DNA of 64,000 nt from Adineta vaga (taxonomy: Eukaryota > Animalia > Rotifera). Every line of letters begins with the position of its first letter. The stretch's first letter is position 1. Both the position numbers and the translations under genes were made by a program. The notes under the pieces are model-generated. The model saw only the letters and a program-made list of their open reading frames with translations. It was not told where the DNA came from and searched no databases. This document shows positions 48,719 to 61,600 of this stretch, one piece after another. The stretch covers positions 4,340,001 to 4,404,000 of the forward strand of contig CP075492.1 of assembly GCA_021613535.1 (NCBI GenBank), given 5' to 3'.

Positions 48719-51573
48719 CTATGCATCAATGATTATGCTTCTAGTTGGATCAGTTGGTTGTAACAAGTCTAAAAGTAAATTTTGTTCATAAAAATAACTG
48801 CATGATGTAAAGACAAATAATTCAAATACTCAAATAAACAAAAAGAAGTGAGCTTAGAAACTTTAGCCAATTACAACTTTATGTATGATCTATTGGAAAT
48901 AAACATGTCAATTCGAAATTTCGAACCGTACATATTTCGTATAACGTGAGCAGATTTGATTATCAAGAGTAGCAATTTAGCTCGAATCTTTTATTTTCAA
49001 TAGCAGAGCGACAAAAGTCAAAAAAGCTACCGTAGAAAAAACCGTGTAACTAAAGACAATTCAATGTACTATTTGTAACAAAGATCTTCTATTTACCTGG
49101 ACGAGTATACGTTTCTGGTAGAGTATTTAGCAAAGGTTCATCGCCATTCGATATTAATGGACGCGTTTCTATAAGAAATGAACATGTTCTCAAAACTTTC
49201 TTAAGGAAAATCAAATTTTCAAACCAGTAATCATTGGATCATCACCATAGAGATTATTTGCTGCCATCGCTGATGCTGATCTTAATCCATATTTCTCTTC
49301 TAATTCTCTTCGTCGATCTCGACGTTGTGTTGCTGTTGTTGTATTTGCTAATGTATCAACTCCACCGTAACTTCGACGTTCTTAATATATAAATAAATTG
49401 ATCATAAAAATTCTCGATAAAATCTTCTAATTTTACCTCTTGCCATTAAACTTTTTCCATCTTCGACATATTCAGCTGATACATCATCATCATCAAAAAA
49501 TTGTCGAAAACCACAAGCATGTAAACATCGTGAACCCAATCGAAAAAACGTTCCAATACTTAATAAACATATTAACATTGGAAAATAGAAATTAAAACCG
49601 ACTGATACAATTGGTATAGCTGTTAAATGACCCATAATCTAATCAATAAATACAGAATAGAAAACGTCAGTTCAATTTTTTTTTCTTTTTGCACTTACCG
49701 ATGTAAATTTCGTTTCTTCATGATCAATTTTGTGTGTTATTGCTTGATCTAAATGAATCATACCAAGAAAATTATAGCATAATGGTGCAGTTAAACGACA
49801 GAGAAATGTTGCAGCAAAGATTAAACTATTTTCATCAGTTAAATGATATAATGAAACATAGAAATAATCTAATATTCGTATACGAAATATTGTGTAATAT
49901 GCACATAAACATAAATATGCAATACTTAAACAACAGAATACCTAAATGAAACAGACAACATCCATTTGTATTGTAAACAAATAATTCTTAAAAAAAATCT
50001 CTTACTTCGATCGTAAAGTACGAATAATGATTGCTTGCAGCTCTAACACATTGTGCAAAAATAGACAACACTGGGTTAGTACTGAAAAATGTCATTTCAG
50101 ACCAGATTACTAATAGCGATATTATACCAAGTGTAACACCAAGAAGACGAAGTGCCCATGTACGAAGAACACAATAGGTATACCATTCTAAAAGTCATAA
50201 ATAATCATACACTAACTTATAAGACACGAAAAAAGCATTTGACATACCTAATTTTGAATGATTATCAAATAATTTTCGTCTTAACCACATTGCTGCTAAT
50301 GGATTTGTTCGAACGAATTCACGGTCGGTCTTTTCCGCATTTTTAACGATATCTTCTAAATAAAATGCTTCATTAATTTCTCGAATCCATGAAACTTGTA
50401 CACGATTATGAACATGAATATTTGTTTTTAAGCGTTCATGTAATTTAATCAATTGTTTTTCTTTTTCATTATCATCGGAAAAACGATTTGGCATTGCAAT
50501 ACGATTATTGTCATAATCATTCATTGTCAATTGTATTCTATTTGAATATTGTTCAGGAACAATTTTAATAATTTTTTCAAGACACGGTCGTAATGGATCA
50601 TTCCCTTTGATTTGCATACAAAATTTCGTTACATCATCTATAAGTGAATCGAGACGTTCTTCTACATCCATTTTTTCGTTATACAATCGAGATAATTTAA
50701 ATTGCATATGAGCAAGCATATACTTTGTTCGTGAATGATTATAAATATTCTTGGGAACTTGAACAAGACCATAACCTAACATTAGAACAAGAAGAAATAA
50801 ACCCCAAGTTGTACTAGCAGCAACTAATGTTGCCTAAATCGAACAGAATAATCTATCAAATAATGAATATATCAAGAATAATTTACCATAAAATTTGATG
50901 AAGTCATTTTAACTTTTGTTGCGACATAAATCACAAGAATTACAAAGATCAATAATAATGTTCCATAGAAAATTAGATTTGCTTTGATTGCATATCGAAT
51001 TTTTCCTTTAATTGAAAATTCTCCTAAAACTCATTTCTAACATTACGAAACAAAATTCTTTTCAATCAAACTTACCCGTTTCACGGAACGATTGCATTAA
51101 TGGTAAAATCAACCTATTAAACAATAGAAAATATCAAATAAATAGAAATTTCTAATTCTATTCTTCATACCAAGTTAATACTTGTGAAGTCCAATAAACT
51201 ACACGCCATAAATTCGCATATACTTGCGGATTAACATAAGACCATGGTAGAGGACATGAAGGCGCTAATGAATTATTATTATTATTATTATTTGGTGGTT
51301 TAACTGTAACTGGTTCAGGATGAGTCACACAATCTTGATAAATTGCCTGAAAAATTCAAGAATAGAATCGAAATTAATTGAAGAAATGAAATCATTTACA
51401 AGTGATATATCCAATGGAAGGATAAAAACAATAAGAATTGAAAAGAACCAAGCAATAAATACAGTTATAGTCGTAACTGGATGTTGTCGACGATAATTAC
51501 CACAACGATAAAGTAATATTAATGTTGTAATAAGTGAAAAAATTATATCAAAAATAAATGCAATACTGGACAT
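48719..51573 (-). CDS. LMBRD2: LMBR1-domain-containing protein 2
   Basis: FIAWFFSILIVFILPLDIS, LWRVVYWTSQVLTW, WGLFLLVLMLGYGLVQVP, LCRLTAPLCYNFL, FNFYFP, FRQFFDDD. Last exon inferred. Confidence 0.9.
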
Positions 51574-51622
51574 TTTGATTTTTATCTAAAAGCATAAGAA
51601 AAAAAAATAAACATATTTGATA

Positions 51623-51997
51623 TCATATTGAATTCAAAGAAGTTTTCGAGAGAAGAATACAAATAGATGGAATATTTTTCATTAATTTCGATTTTTTTCT
51701 TAACGAACTTTTTTCATTTGTTTTATAACCAATTTGTATATATTCGTGAAAAGTAAGTTTAGATTCACGTTTCAACATTTCAGCACATGCTATCGCTTTG
51801 GATATTCCATCACCTGATGCATTCCATGTAATCTGTTCAATAGAATTATCTATTGAAGATAATTTTCGTTGAACATATGTAACTAAATTTTTCGTTTTTG
51901 AACCAGATCTGACTTGCATATGAAGACATGATGAATGAAGAGTATAAGGTAATGATAAACATTCTTTTAATGAATGTTGCTCATTTGATATGGACAT
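51623..51997 (-). CDS. Alba-domain RNase P/MRP subunit RPP25-like (124 aa, intronless)
   Basis: HMQVRSGSKTKNLVTY..ITWNASGDGISKAIACAEMLKR..H..IGY..PSICILLSK, the RPP25/RPP25L Alba pattern. Confidence 0.8.
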   Translation of the reverse strand: MSISNEQHSLKECLSLPYTLHSSCLHMQVRSGSKTKNLVTYVQRKLSSIDNSIEQITWNASGDGISKAIACAEMLKRESKLTFHEYIQIGYKTNEKSSLRKKSKLMKNIPSICILLSKTSLNSI

Positions 51998-52425
51998 GTT
52001 TAAAAGAAATCAAAGATCTAAAACATACGTTGATTACTTCTTTTCATTTATTCTATTTGTGCATGGAATTCAACTTTTACAGTACGAAAGAAGCTGATAA
52101 GAAACAGTTGAAAAATGTGGTAGTTATCTTTATATTAACCAATTCAGAGTCATGCGTAAATGCATGTATAGATGACTCATCTCATAGAAACAACCAATCA
52201 ATGAGCTTCTCGATTTTCATTCAATAAAAATTGACAAAATTTTAACATTGAAAAAAGAAAGTTAGATGACATTGTTTGAAGACCTAGTAATTCAAATATT
52301 TCAAATCTAATAGATGGCGTTATAGAATGAGAAAGATTGTATTTCAATTTTAACTTTTATTTTGAATAAATATAACAATTAAAAAGAAAACGATACGGTT
52401 AATTTCTCTCTCTCTTAGATGTTGT

Positions 52426-52820
52426 TCATAGGTAATCAATAATAATATCTGTACTATCAAAGCCTAATGTTGAATTCAATTGATCATAACTTCCAATCCA
52501 TGAATTGAATTGTTTAAATTCCCATGGATCATAAAATTGTGTGGGATTAGGTGCACCTAGATCGAGAAACACATGTTCTTGATAATTATAATGATCAGCT
52601 GTACTTTCAAATTTTAATGGAACTGGTTTTAATGCATCAACAGCTTTTTTAAATTTTGGATCAGCTATTTGACATTGCATTAAAAATTCTGGGTCGATTG
52701 TTCCACCAACTCGTGATGCAAATGCAAGAACACTACAAGCAGAAGGACATGCACTACATAACACATATGGATCATAGTGAAATTGGGCAAACATGGTCTG
52801 TATATATGTTCCGGTTTCTA
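52426..52820 (-). CDS. Terminal exon of an uncharacterised, possibly 5'-truncated gene
   Basis: Host-like codon usage and protein-like sequence (CSACPSAC, FYDPW) after an AG acceptor near 52818; no convincing upstream exons found. Confidence 0.4.
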
Positions 52821-53704
52821 ATGCGAATATTATAGAATGATGTATCTTCGAAAAGGTGTTAGTTATAAGAAGAAAAATCAAGGTGAGAATTGATCAAATG
52901 ACAAAACGAATGGATATGTATATATATATATATATTCATGTCTGTTGATCATTACTCTTTGTACTCTTCGCTTCAATGATACTAGATATGAACAAATCAA
53001 GAACGATACGCTTCATATATCCTCGTGATATGAAATATCGATAGAAGATTTTGACTATTAACTTGTATATGATACCTTAAACGTGGTGTATATGAGTCTT
53101 TGATATATATACTAATACTTTTTTTTATTCGTTGTAAATGAGTACTGATAAATTCGATCGAAAAAAAAACTTAATCTTGATATTTATCTTTAGAGAGATG
53201 AATGATTATTTGACGATTGAACACAAGGATTATCAATTATCAGGGTTATTTAAAAAGATTTTTTCATATTGAAATCTTTCGAGTTCTTTTTTTTTCTTTT
53301 TTCATAAAACAAATTAGTCAAACATGTAAAAAGGTGTTACCTAGACATAACAATCAACATGATATAAACAATAAACAATATTACACTTTTCTGATCATTT
53401 CATAGACCTTGAGATACACAATACGTAGATATATCAGAAGACAAACTATTGCGAAGGTCAATACATCAACATCATAGAATAAACAATCTTTTTTTTTGTA
53501 CGTAAGTGACAACTACAAAATACGTATCAAGGTTGAACTAATGTTATTAGTTAATATAAAATTTTCTTTCTAGAAACATGTAGAACGTTACATTTCAGTT
53601 ATTTTCAAGGTTTGTGATTCTTCATTGAACAGACAGATGAATTCATTGAGAAATAACAAGCAAAACCCGAATGCGCATATCTTTATTTATATTTAACAAA
53701 TCGA

Positions 53705-56700
53705 TCAAGATTTGATCATTAATGTAACATTCTGATTTAACTGTCTTTGTTTTTGATATTTTTCATCGATTGAATATTGATAAACGATAAATAATGCTTC
53801 TTTACATAAATCAACAAAACGATAACAACATTCTAATTCGATATCGGTCAGAGGATTATTACCTTTCATAAATAACAATTCCCATGAACTATTTGTTTTT
53901 TTTTAGAAAAGAGAATATGTTTAATAAGTAAAAGAAAGATTTCTAACTTACTTATGTCGATTTTGACATGTTTCCCACATACATTGTCCATGATTAGCAA
54001 GTAATCGTCGTTGAATTTTTAATAAATGACGATTTAATGGTAATTGTTCGACAAGTTCATTGATCACACATAATTTTTTCATTATTTGTTGAATATTATT
54101 CCAAACCATTTCAATAACTGATTCCCGTTTACTTGCATCTAATTCAACTAACCAAAATCGACCAATATCAGATTTATATCGAGTCCAATTATCCGTAATC
54201 TAATCAATGAATTGAACAAAAATCAAAGTTTTCATTATAATAAATAGCATACCTCAGTATAGATTCGATCGGTTTCTCGATCAGATCTATTCGGATAATG
54301 AATACATAATTTCTTCATTTCATTGAATATCATTTGATTGAGACGATTCAAATCCTCATTAGTCAATTGTAATGCCTAATCAGCATAAAAATGATTAACA
54401 AAAACGAAAAGGAGAAACACGTTTTCGTTATACTTTAGTGATATCAGTGGTTGTGGTTGCGGTGGTCGTTTGATTGAGTAATTGTTGTTGTCGCGTAGCT
54501 TGAATAATAGATGAATATGTAACCATTTGAGATTTATTATTAGATCTTCTGTCCTTTGGTGATGTCGGTGTTTGTTCGGGATATTCTGATGATGATGATG
54601 AGGACGTTGGAAGTGGTGTATAATATGCTTTTTTCTCTGTTATTCGACTAGCAGAGACACCTGGTAGAGATTCGTGCGTCTGAATCAGGCCGAGTAATAT
54701 TTCCTGTTGAAACAAATGAATTTGATCGTTTTTTTGTTTTAGTTTTTTCTGTTGCTGCTGATGTTGTTCGAAGAATATCCGATGGTGTTTGTGTTGATAC
54801 TCCCTTCGAAAAAGAATCGATTGTTTCTGAAGATTTTCGACTTCGATTCAAAGGTGATGAACGATCTGGCGATCTTCTCTCATCGACATCATCACTTCTT
54901 CCAAATGTAAAACTAGTCAAAGATGATGCACGATATAATCTCGTTGAATTGTTTGATACCTTCATTTAAAAAAACAAAAAATTTCATCTATTATAAGAAG
55001 ATTTTATTTTGCAAAACAAACTTACTGATCGTTTCGTTTTTTCTAATTCTGTGATTCTTTCTAATAAATCTTCTTCACGAAAGTTTTGATAATATTTCAT
55101 ACTCCATGTTATATCATTTGGATTTGGCGATAAGATATGAAAACATTTCGTTAAAATATTCATTAATTCATTCATACGTTGTTCATTATCAGTTGGAAAT
55201 AAACGAATAAATGCACCACAATGATGACTTTCGAATATATCTCGTGTTTTTTCTCGTCGAAGAAGAAATAAATTCTCTTTCTATTATAAAAAAAGAATTG
55301 ATATGTTTAAAAAACGAAAAATGCTATTTACTAATTCTTCTAGTTGATCCATTGGAATATCTGTTCGTTTTCCTAAACTTGAATATAAACGTCGTTGTGC
55401 TTCAAGTTTTTCAATTGCAACACTTTTTTCTCGATCAGATTCTTGAAAATGAAGTAAACTAAATGTATCACATAACAATTTGATCTTTATATCAAATTCA
55501 ATCTGTCCGTTTATATCGAAACTTGGACAACGATTGACCTTTGAAGAGAACAAAATCATCTAATAAATTCTAATTGAATATTTGCACATTACTTCAATAA
55601 TCCAAGGTTTAAGATTCTTATCGATTAATACATCAAATCCAAGTAATTCAAAACAAACACTTTCACTTGTTGGTAATGCTCCTGGACGACACTGTTGATA
55701 CGCAGTAAACATATGCGGTTCAGCAAGAAAGATCGTTTTAATAACAATATTCTTAATAGATGATACAGAAAAACTGTTGAGTTTGTCTATGGAAATGTTT
55801 AGTTTTACTTTGATGTCACTCCATAATTGATCCACATTTTTATTATCTCGTTTTAAATAACTAAATAAATCTTTCAATGAACTTCTTTTGCCACTGTCAA
55901 TATCTAGATCATCTGGATTGATTTCATCTGTGGAATAATTTGTTAAATGCATAGAAAGATCCAGCTAGAAAGGTATTGAAATTTAGAAAGAAAATGCATA
56001 GAATTTCGTCTCTCTAATGAATACATACAACATTTACTGGAGTAGGTATCTGATATTTTTTCGAACTTAAACGAATCAGACCATTATTGAAAATAAATAC
56101 ACGTAATGGATCACAAGATGTTATTAATGCATAGATGCGAAGATCTTTTTAAGTGAAAATATGAGCAAAATTGAAATGAAATGAAAATCTTACCGAATTT
56201 AAATCCATCAAGTAGATATGGTTCACGTATATATTCTTGAACGATGTAATTATCTAAATTTTTAACCTGTTTATAATTACAATGAACTGCAATTCTAAAA
56301 AATAACACAAAAAATATCGATTATCGGAACGAAAAGAATTTCAGAATCATTTACCCTTGTGACATTGCTGTATTTGTTGGTTTCATAATATAAGTTGCCG
56401 AATCTTTGTGTGGTCGATTAGATGCATATGAATACCATAGATTATATTCATTCGGAAATGTCCATGTTTTTGGAGCGAAATTATATTCCTTGGGAATAAC
56501 ACTTCGTACTCTGTTCGAAAAGAAAACAACAAGTCAGATATAGAAAAGTAGATGAACAAAATCGACATATACCTATGATAGTTTTTTGCTAATAAATCTT
56601 TTCGTGAGATTTCATTCATTGTTGGGAAATGATTTACTTTTTGATAAGGTTTAAGTGCAGATACAATATCCATTGAAATTAATGTATCATTCCATAGTAG

Positions 56701-58328
56701 ATTACAAGTAAAATCAGGATCAGGACTAATGAATATACCTGAGACATCAATTGCTTGAGAAACTAAAAATGAAGGTCATTCTCGAAACATGTAGTATACA
56801 TTAGCAATCATCAAAATGAGACTAATTTCTAAAGGTCAATGAATCATTTCATATGTGAACTGTTGTTTTATTTATATATTTTATTAATTCAAGGTATATT
56901 TTCTAGCAGTTTCAATTATATAGAAATAAACAAAACAACTCATTATTTTGGTAAACTCGAATACAAAACAATCTATTTCGAGAAACAAATATTCATTATC
57001 TAGAACTAATTATATTTTCTCGTACTATTTCATATATAAATAGGTACCCTTGATTGAAACATTATTCCATTTTCAAAAATGTCAATCATTAACAAGTGTC
57101 CTCTACTCAGCGCTTTATTTGGTATGAGAAATGAAACACAGAATGAACTTTTAGATCAATCATTAGGTTCTGTATCAACGCATTTTTTGGAATATGATAT
57201 GCAAACAATTCCATTAAATCCACCTTCACGTCGATTAATGACTCGATATGTTGAATATTATATTCCAACATTAGAAGTTATTCGAACGGCACGTGAACTA
57301 TCCACACAATTTTTTTAAATGACACGAAAAGAACTTATTCTTTTCGCATTAAGTTAAAGAGAAGTCGACTTACTCAAACGAAATTTTGTTCCGGATACAT
57401 TGGCATAAAGACGTTGTTTTCTTTTTCGTTTGTACGGTAATCTTTCTTTATCAATAAATTGTTGCTCTTTTTTTTCTCGTAATCGTTTTTCACGTAGCAA
57501 TTGAATCAGATATTGAAATGTTTGAAATGATTCACGAATCGAACAAATATCAAATTCATGTCTATCTATACCTAATTTATCACCTAAACGTAATAGATCA
57601 GATTGCTTATGAGTACCTAATAAAGAGGCATGAACAACAATTTGAAGTAAATAATCGTTAGGTGAACGAATTAAATTTTCAAAAGCTTGTTTATAAGATA
57701 GTAATGGTCGAGATTCAGGAGATGGTTTTAATTGACGAGGATTTCGAATATGTTCAGATGCTTCACGCCAAATACGAACAAGTTCAGATATTGTTGCACT
57801 AGTTTTAGTTGCTTCATAAACGATTGTCATAAGATCAAATAAATGAGCACGATGCAAAGCAGAACGATCAGCACTTGTCAATTTTTCATATTGACCTAAT
57901 TTGACAATTGGCCAAGCATTGCTTGTCGAAGGAGATTTTGATCTTCTATCTTCTTTTCGATGAGATATTTCAGTTTTACTTTTCATCATATCATGACAAA
58001 TACGAACTAAATTTTCTATACCAAATGATCTTAATCGAAGTTGATCATCATCATCATCATCATTTCCACGATACTTCCAGTGTCCATCGATAACCATGGA
58101 TTTTAACGATGTTGTACTTGGCGATCGAACTCGAGAAGGATTCATTGGTTGATTAGTCATTAATTTTCGTAATGTTCGATTATTATCATCTTCATGAAAA
58201 TCATCAGTTTGTCTCGAAGACAATTGACGTGGTGTTCGACTCATTGGTGATTTCATTACTAATTCATTTAATGTTTTATGATTATCAACATTCAATGACG
58301 ATTGACGACTACTTGGTGAACGAAGCAT
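53705..58328 (-). CDS. Tubulin polyglutamylase (TTLL6/7 family; TTLL7-like C-terminus)
   Basis: [83 protein letters not shown]; long N-terminal extension in exon 57372-58328. Confidence 0.88.
57079..57318 (+). CDS. Small uncharacterised protein (79 aa) nested antisense in a TTLL intron
   Basis: AAAAATG start, host-like codon usage, TATA-like tatataaa at ~57033; lies wholly within intron ~56763-57371. Confidence 0.5.
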   Translation: MSIINKCPLLSALFGMRNETQNELLDQSLGSVSTHFLEYDMQTIPLNPPSRRLMTRYVEYYIPTLEVIRTARELSTQFF

Positions 58329-58653
58329 TATTATGATTTAGTCTAGTAGAAATCAAGATCTGTATGAAATCTACTATCTTTCAAACTACCATTTGATATG
58401 GATCAATGCTAGGTAACAAACCTCAACATATAAAGAATTTTTATTGACAATAGATGTCGCTAATTTATAAATTCATCTCTAAGAATATAGTATATATATA
58501 GATAGTCAAAGCAATAATTAATGTAACGATCAAAACTGAATTGACATGTTATGGAACGAGTAGATCTAAGTTTTATTTCTGTTATTGTTTTTTTGTGACA
58601 AAAAAATAAATGAAATATATGATAGGACACATGTTTTATTTAAGTATTACGAT

Positions 58654-61600
58654 TCAGATGTTTCTTTCTTGAATGATTTCAAGATTCTTTTGCCATTGTT
58701 TTAGTTTCGAATGATTTGATGGTAATGAACTTCTACCAACTAGAAGAGTCTGTTCAGCAAACAAAAATGCTTTTGAATATTCTCCCATTCGATAATACAT
58801 CGTTCCAATATTATTATACAATACAGCCATATTGAGTTTATCTGACGGAAGTATACTCTTACATATATGAAGTGCTCTTTCATACGACAACAGTGCTTTC
58901 GAATACTCACCCATATTATCATACATAAAACCGATATTATTGTATATAATTGCAAAACTAGGATGAGTCGTTGGAAGAGTTTTTTCAAATATTTCTCGAA
59001 CTTTTTTATACTGACAGAGTGCGCTTGGATAATCACGTAAATCATCATACACCGTACCGATATTATTGTACGCGACAGCTAAATCAAGATAATCTTCAGG
59101 AACTATTTGTTGTTGAATCTTCAATGATCGTTTATAGAATATCAACGCTTTTGAATATTGATCATTGTTTTTATACACTGTACCTATATTATTATAACAT
59201 TTAGCCAAATTCATGCTCTTATCAGGAAATTTCCGATAGATTTGAATTGCTTTTTCGTAATATAGGATTGCTTCGGGACATTTATCTACGTCAGCACATA
59301 CAACAGCCATATTATTGTAAGCAAGAGCTAAATTAATCGGATCTTCAACGAGAGTTTTCTCTTTAATTTCAAATGCTTTTTGATAAAAATCGAATGCTCG
59401 TGAATAATCGCCCATTATGAAATACATGTTACTCATGTTAGTGTAGGATATAAGCAAATCCGATTGATTGGAAAACGTGTTTGTTAGTTTAACATTGAGA
59501 GATTTTTTATAATATAAAAGTCCTTTGGAATAATTGTTCATGTTTTCATAGATTTTACCAATATTATCATAACAAGCTGACAAATCAAAATCAATTTTCG
59601 TAGGTTGTTTTTCTTTTAAATTTAAGATTATTTCATAGAACTCAAGTGCTTTGGTATATTCTTCCATTTTGAAATATGTTGTAGCAATATTATGATAGAA
59701 TACTGACAAATCATTATCAATTGGAGATGAAGTTTGTTGATAAAGTTTTAATCCTTCTTCAAACGATGATAATGCCTTTTTATTTTCACCCATGTTATCG
59801 TAAAGACTACCAATATTATTATAGATTGTTGCACATTCGAAATGATTGATAGACAAACTTTCTTTGTAATCATTTAACGTTTTCTCATAATGTGAAAATG
59901 CTTTCTCATAATCACCAGCTTTGTAATAGGATATTCCAATTCGATTGCAAATCACCAATAGATCCGGATGATTTGAGGGTAAACTTTTTTCATAATATCT
60001 CATTGCTAATGTTGAATCACCCATTTTCTCATAAATCATACCAATATTATGATATCTGGTTAAATCAAGATGATCCGTCAAAAGAAGTTTTTCTTGTAAT
60101 TCGCATGATTTATTGTAATAGAATAATGCATCTGTATAATCACCAGTTTCCTGATAAACATGACCTATATTATCATAACACATAGCTGAACTCGAATGAT
60201 CTTCGGAAAGATCTTTTAAACCTATTTTCAAGGATTTTTTATAGAACAAAATTGCATTTGAATGTTTACCCATTGTCTTATAAATGTCACCGATGTAATT
60301 ATACGTTTTCATTATATCTGTAGGAATTGAAGGCACACTTTCTTGTTTTATTTTTAATGATAGTTCATAGTATACAAGTGCTTGTGAATAATTATTTAAA
60401 TTATAACATACTCGTGCCATATTATCATAACAGACGGCGAAATCTGGATGATTTGATGGCAATGATTGTTGTAAAACATGCAAGCATTGTTGATTATAAT
60501 CCCATGCTTTTGAATATTCACCGAGTTTTTCATATATAACAGTGATATTATTCCAACACGCCATCAAATCAGAATAATTTGGAGGATCTATATTCTTCAG
60601 AATTTGTAAGACTTTTTCATAGGATGATAAGGCTTTGGAATAGTCTTTCATTTTGTCGTAGACTAGACCAATATTGCTAAGGCAAGTAGCTAAATCTAAA
60701 GGGTTAATTGATTGTAATTGTTCTCGACTTAGAAGTGATTTTTCATAGAATAAAATAGCTTTAGAAAACATATCGATATGAAAATAAACATTTGCAATAT
60801 TATCATAGGAAATAGCCATATCGAGAAGTTGTGTAAATGAATTTTCTTCATAGATTTCAATCGCTTTTTCATAATATGGATATGCTTTTAAATAATTGCC
60901 CATATTCTTATGTATAGTGCCCATGCTATTATAACACATAGCTAAATAAGAATTCTCTTTTGGAACTAATTTTTCAAATATATCAAGTGCTTTTTCACAG
61001 AATAGATACGCTTCATGAAGCTTGTTCAGTACGAAATACAATGTGCTGATATTATAATAAGTATTAGCTAGAGCAGAAGGATTAAGAGGTGATAATTGTT
61101 CTTGTAATACCAATGATTTTTCATATGTAGCTAATGCTTGCGAGTATTCTGCCATGGTGCAATATATTTCACTAAGAATGTTGTACGAAATAACTAGTTC
61201 ATGTGTATTAATAGGTACAGCTTGTTCTTGTATTTCAATGGATTTTAATTGAAAAGGAAGTGCTTGAGAATATTCATTCATATTCATGTATATTCTAGAA
61301 ATATTCGTATAGGAAATAATTAAATCTGGATGATTTTTAAGTAAAAACTGTTGTTGAATATTGAGAACTTTTTGATAATTTTCTAATGCTTTTATATAAT
61401 CACCCATACGATTGTATATTAAACCTAAGTTGTTATAACTAGTTATAAAATTCAGATGATTAGGTGAAAAATGTTTTTTGTTTACGTCTATTGCTTGTGT
61501 TTGAAATATCAGAGCCATGTCATATTCACCGATTTGAATGTATAAACAACTAATATTTTCATAGGAATGAATTAAATCTGAATGGTCAGAAGGAAGTATT

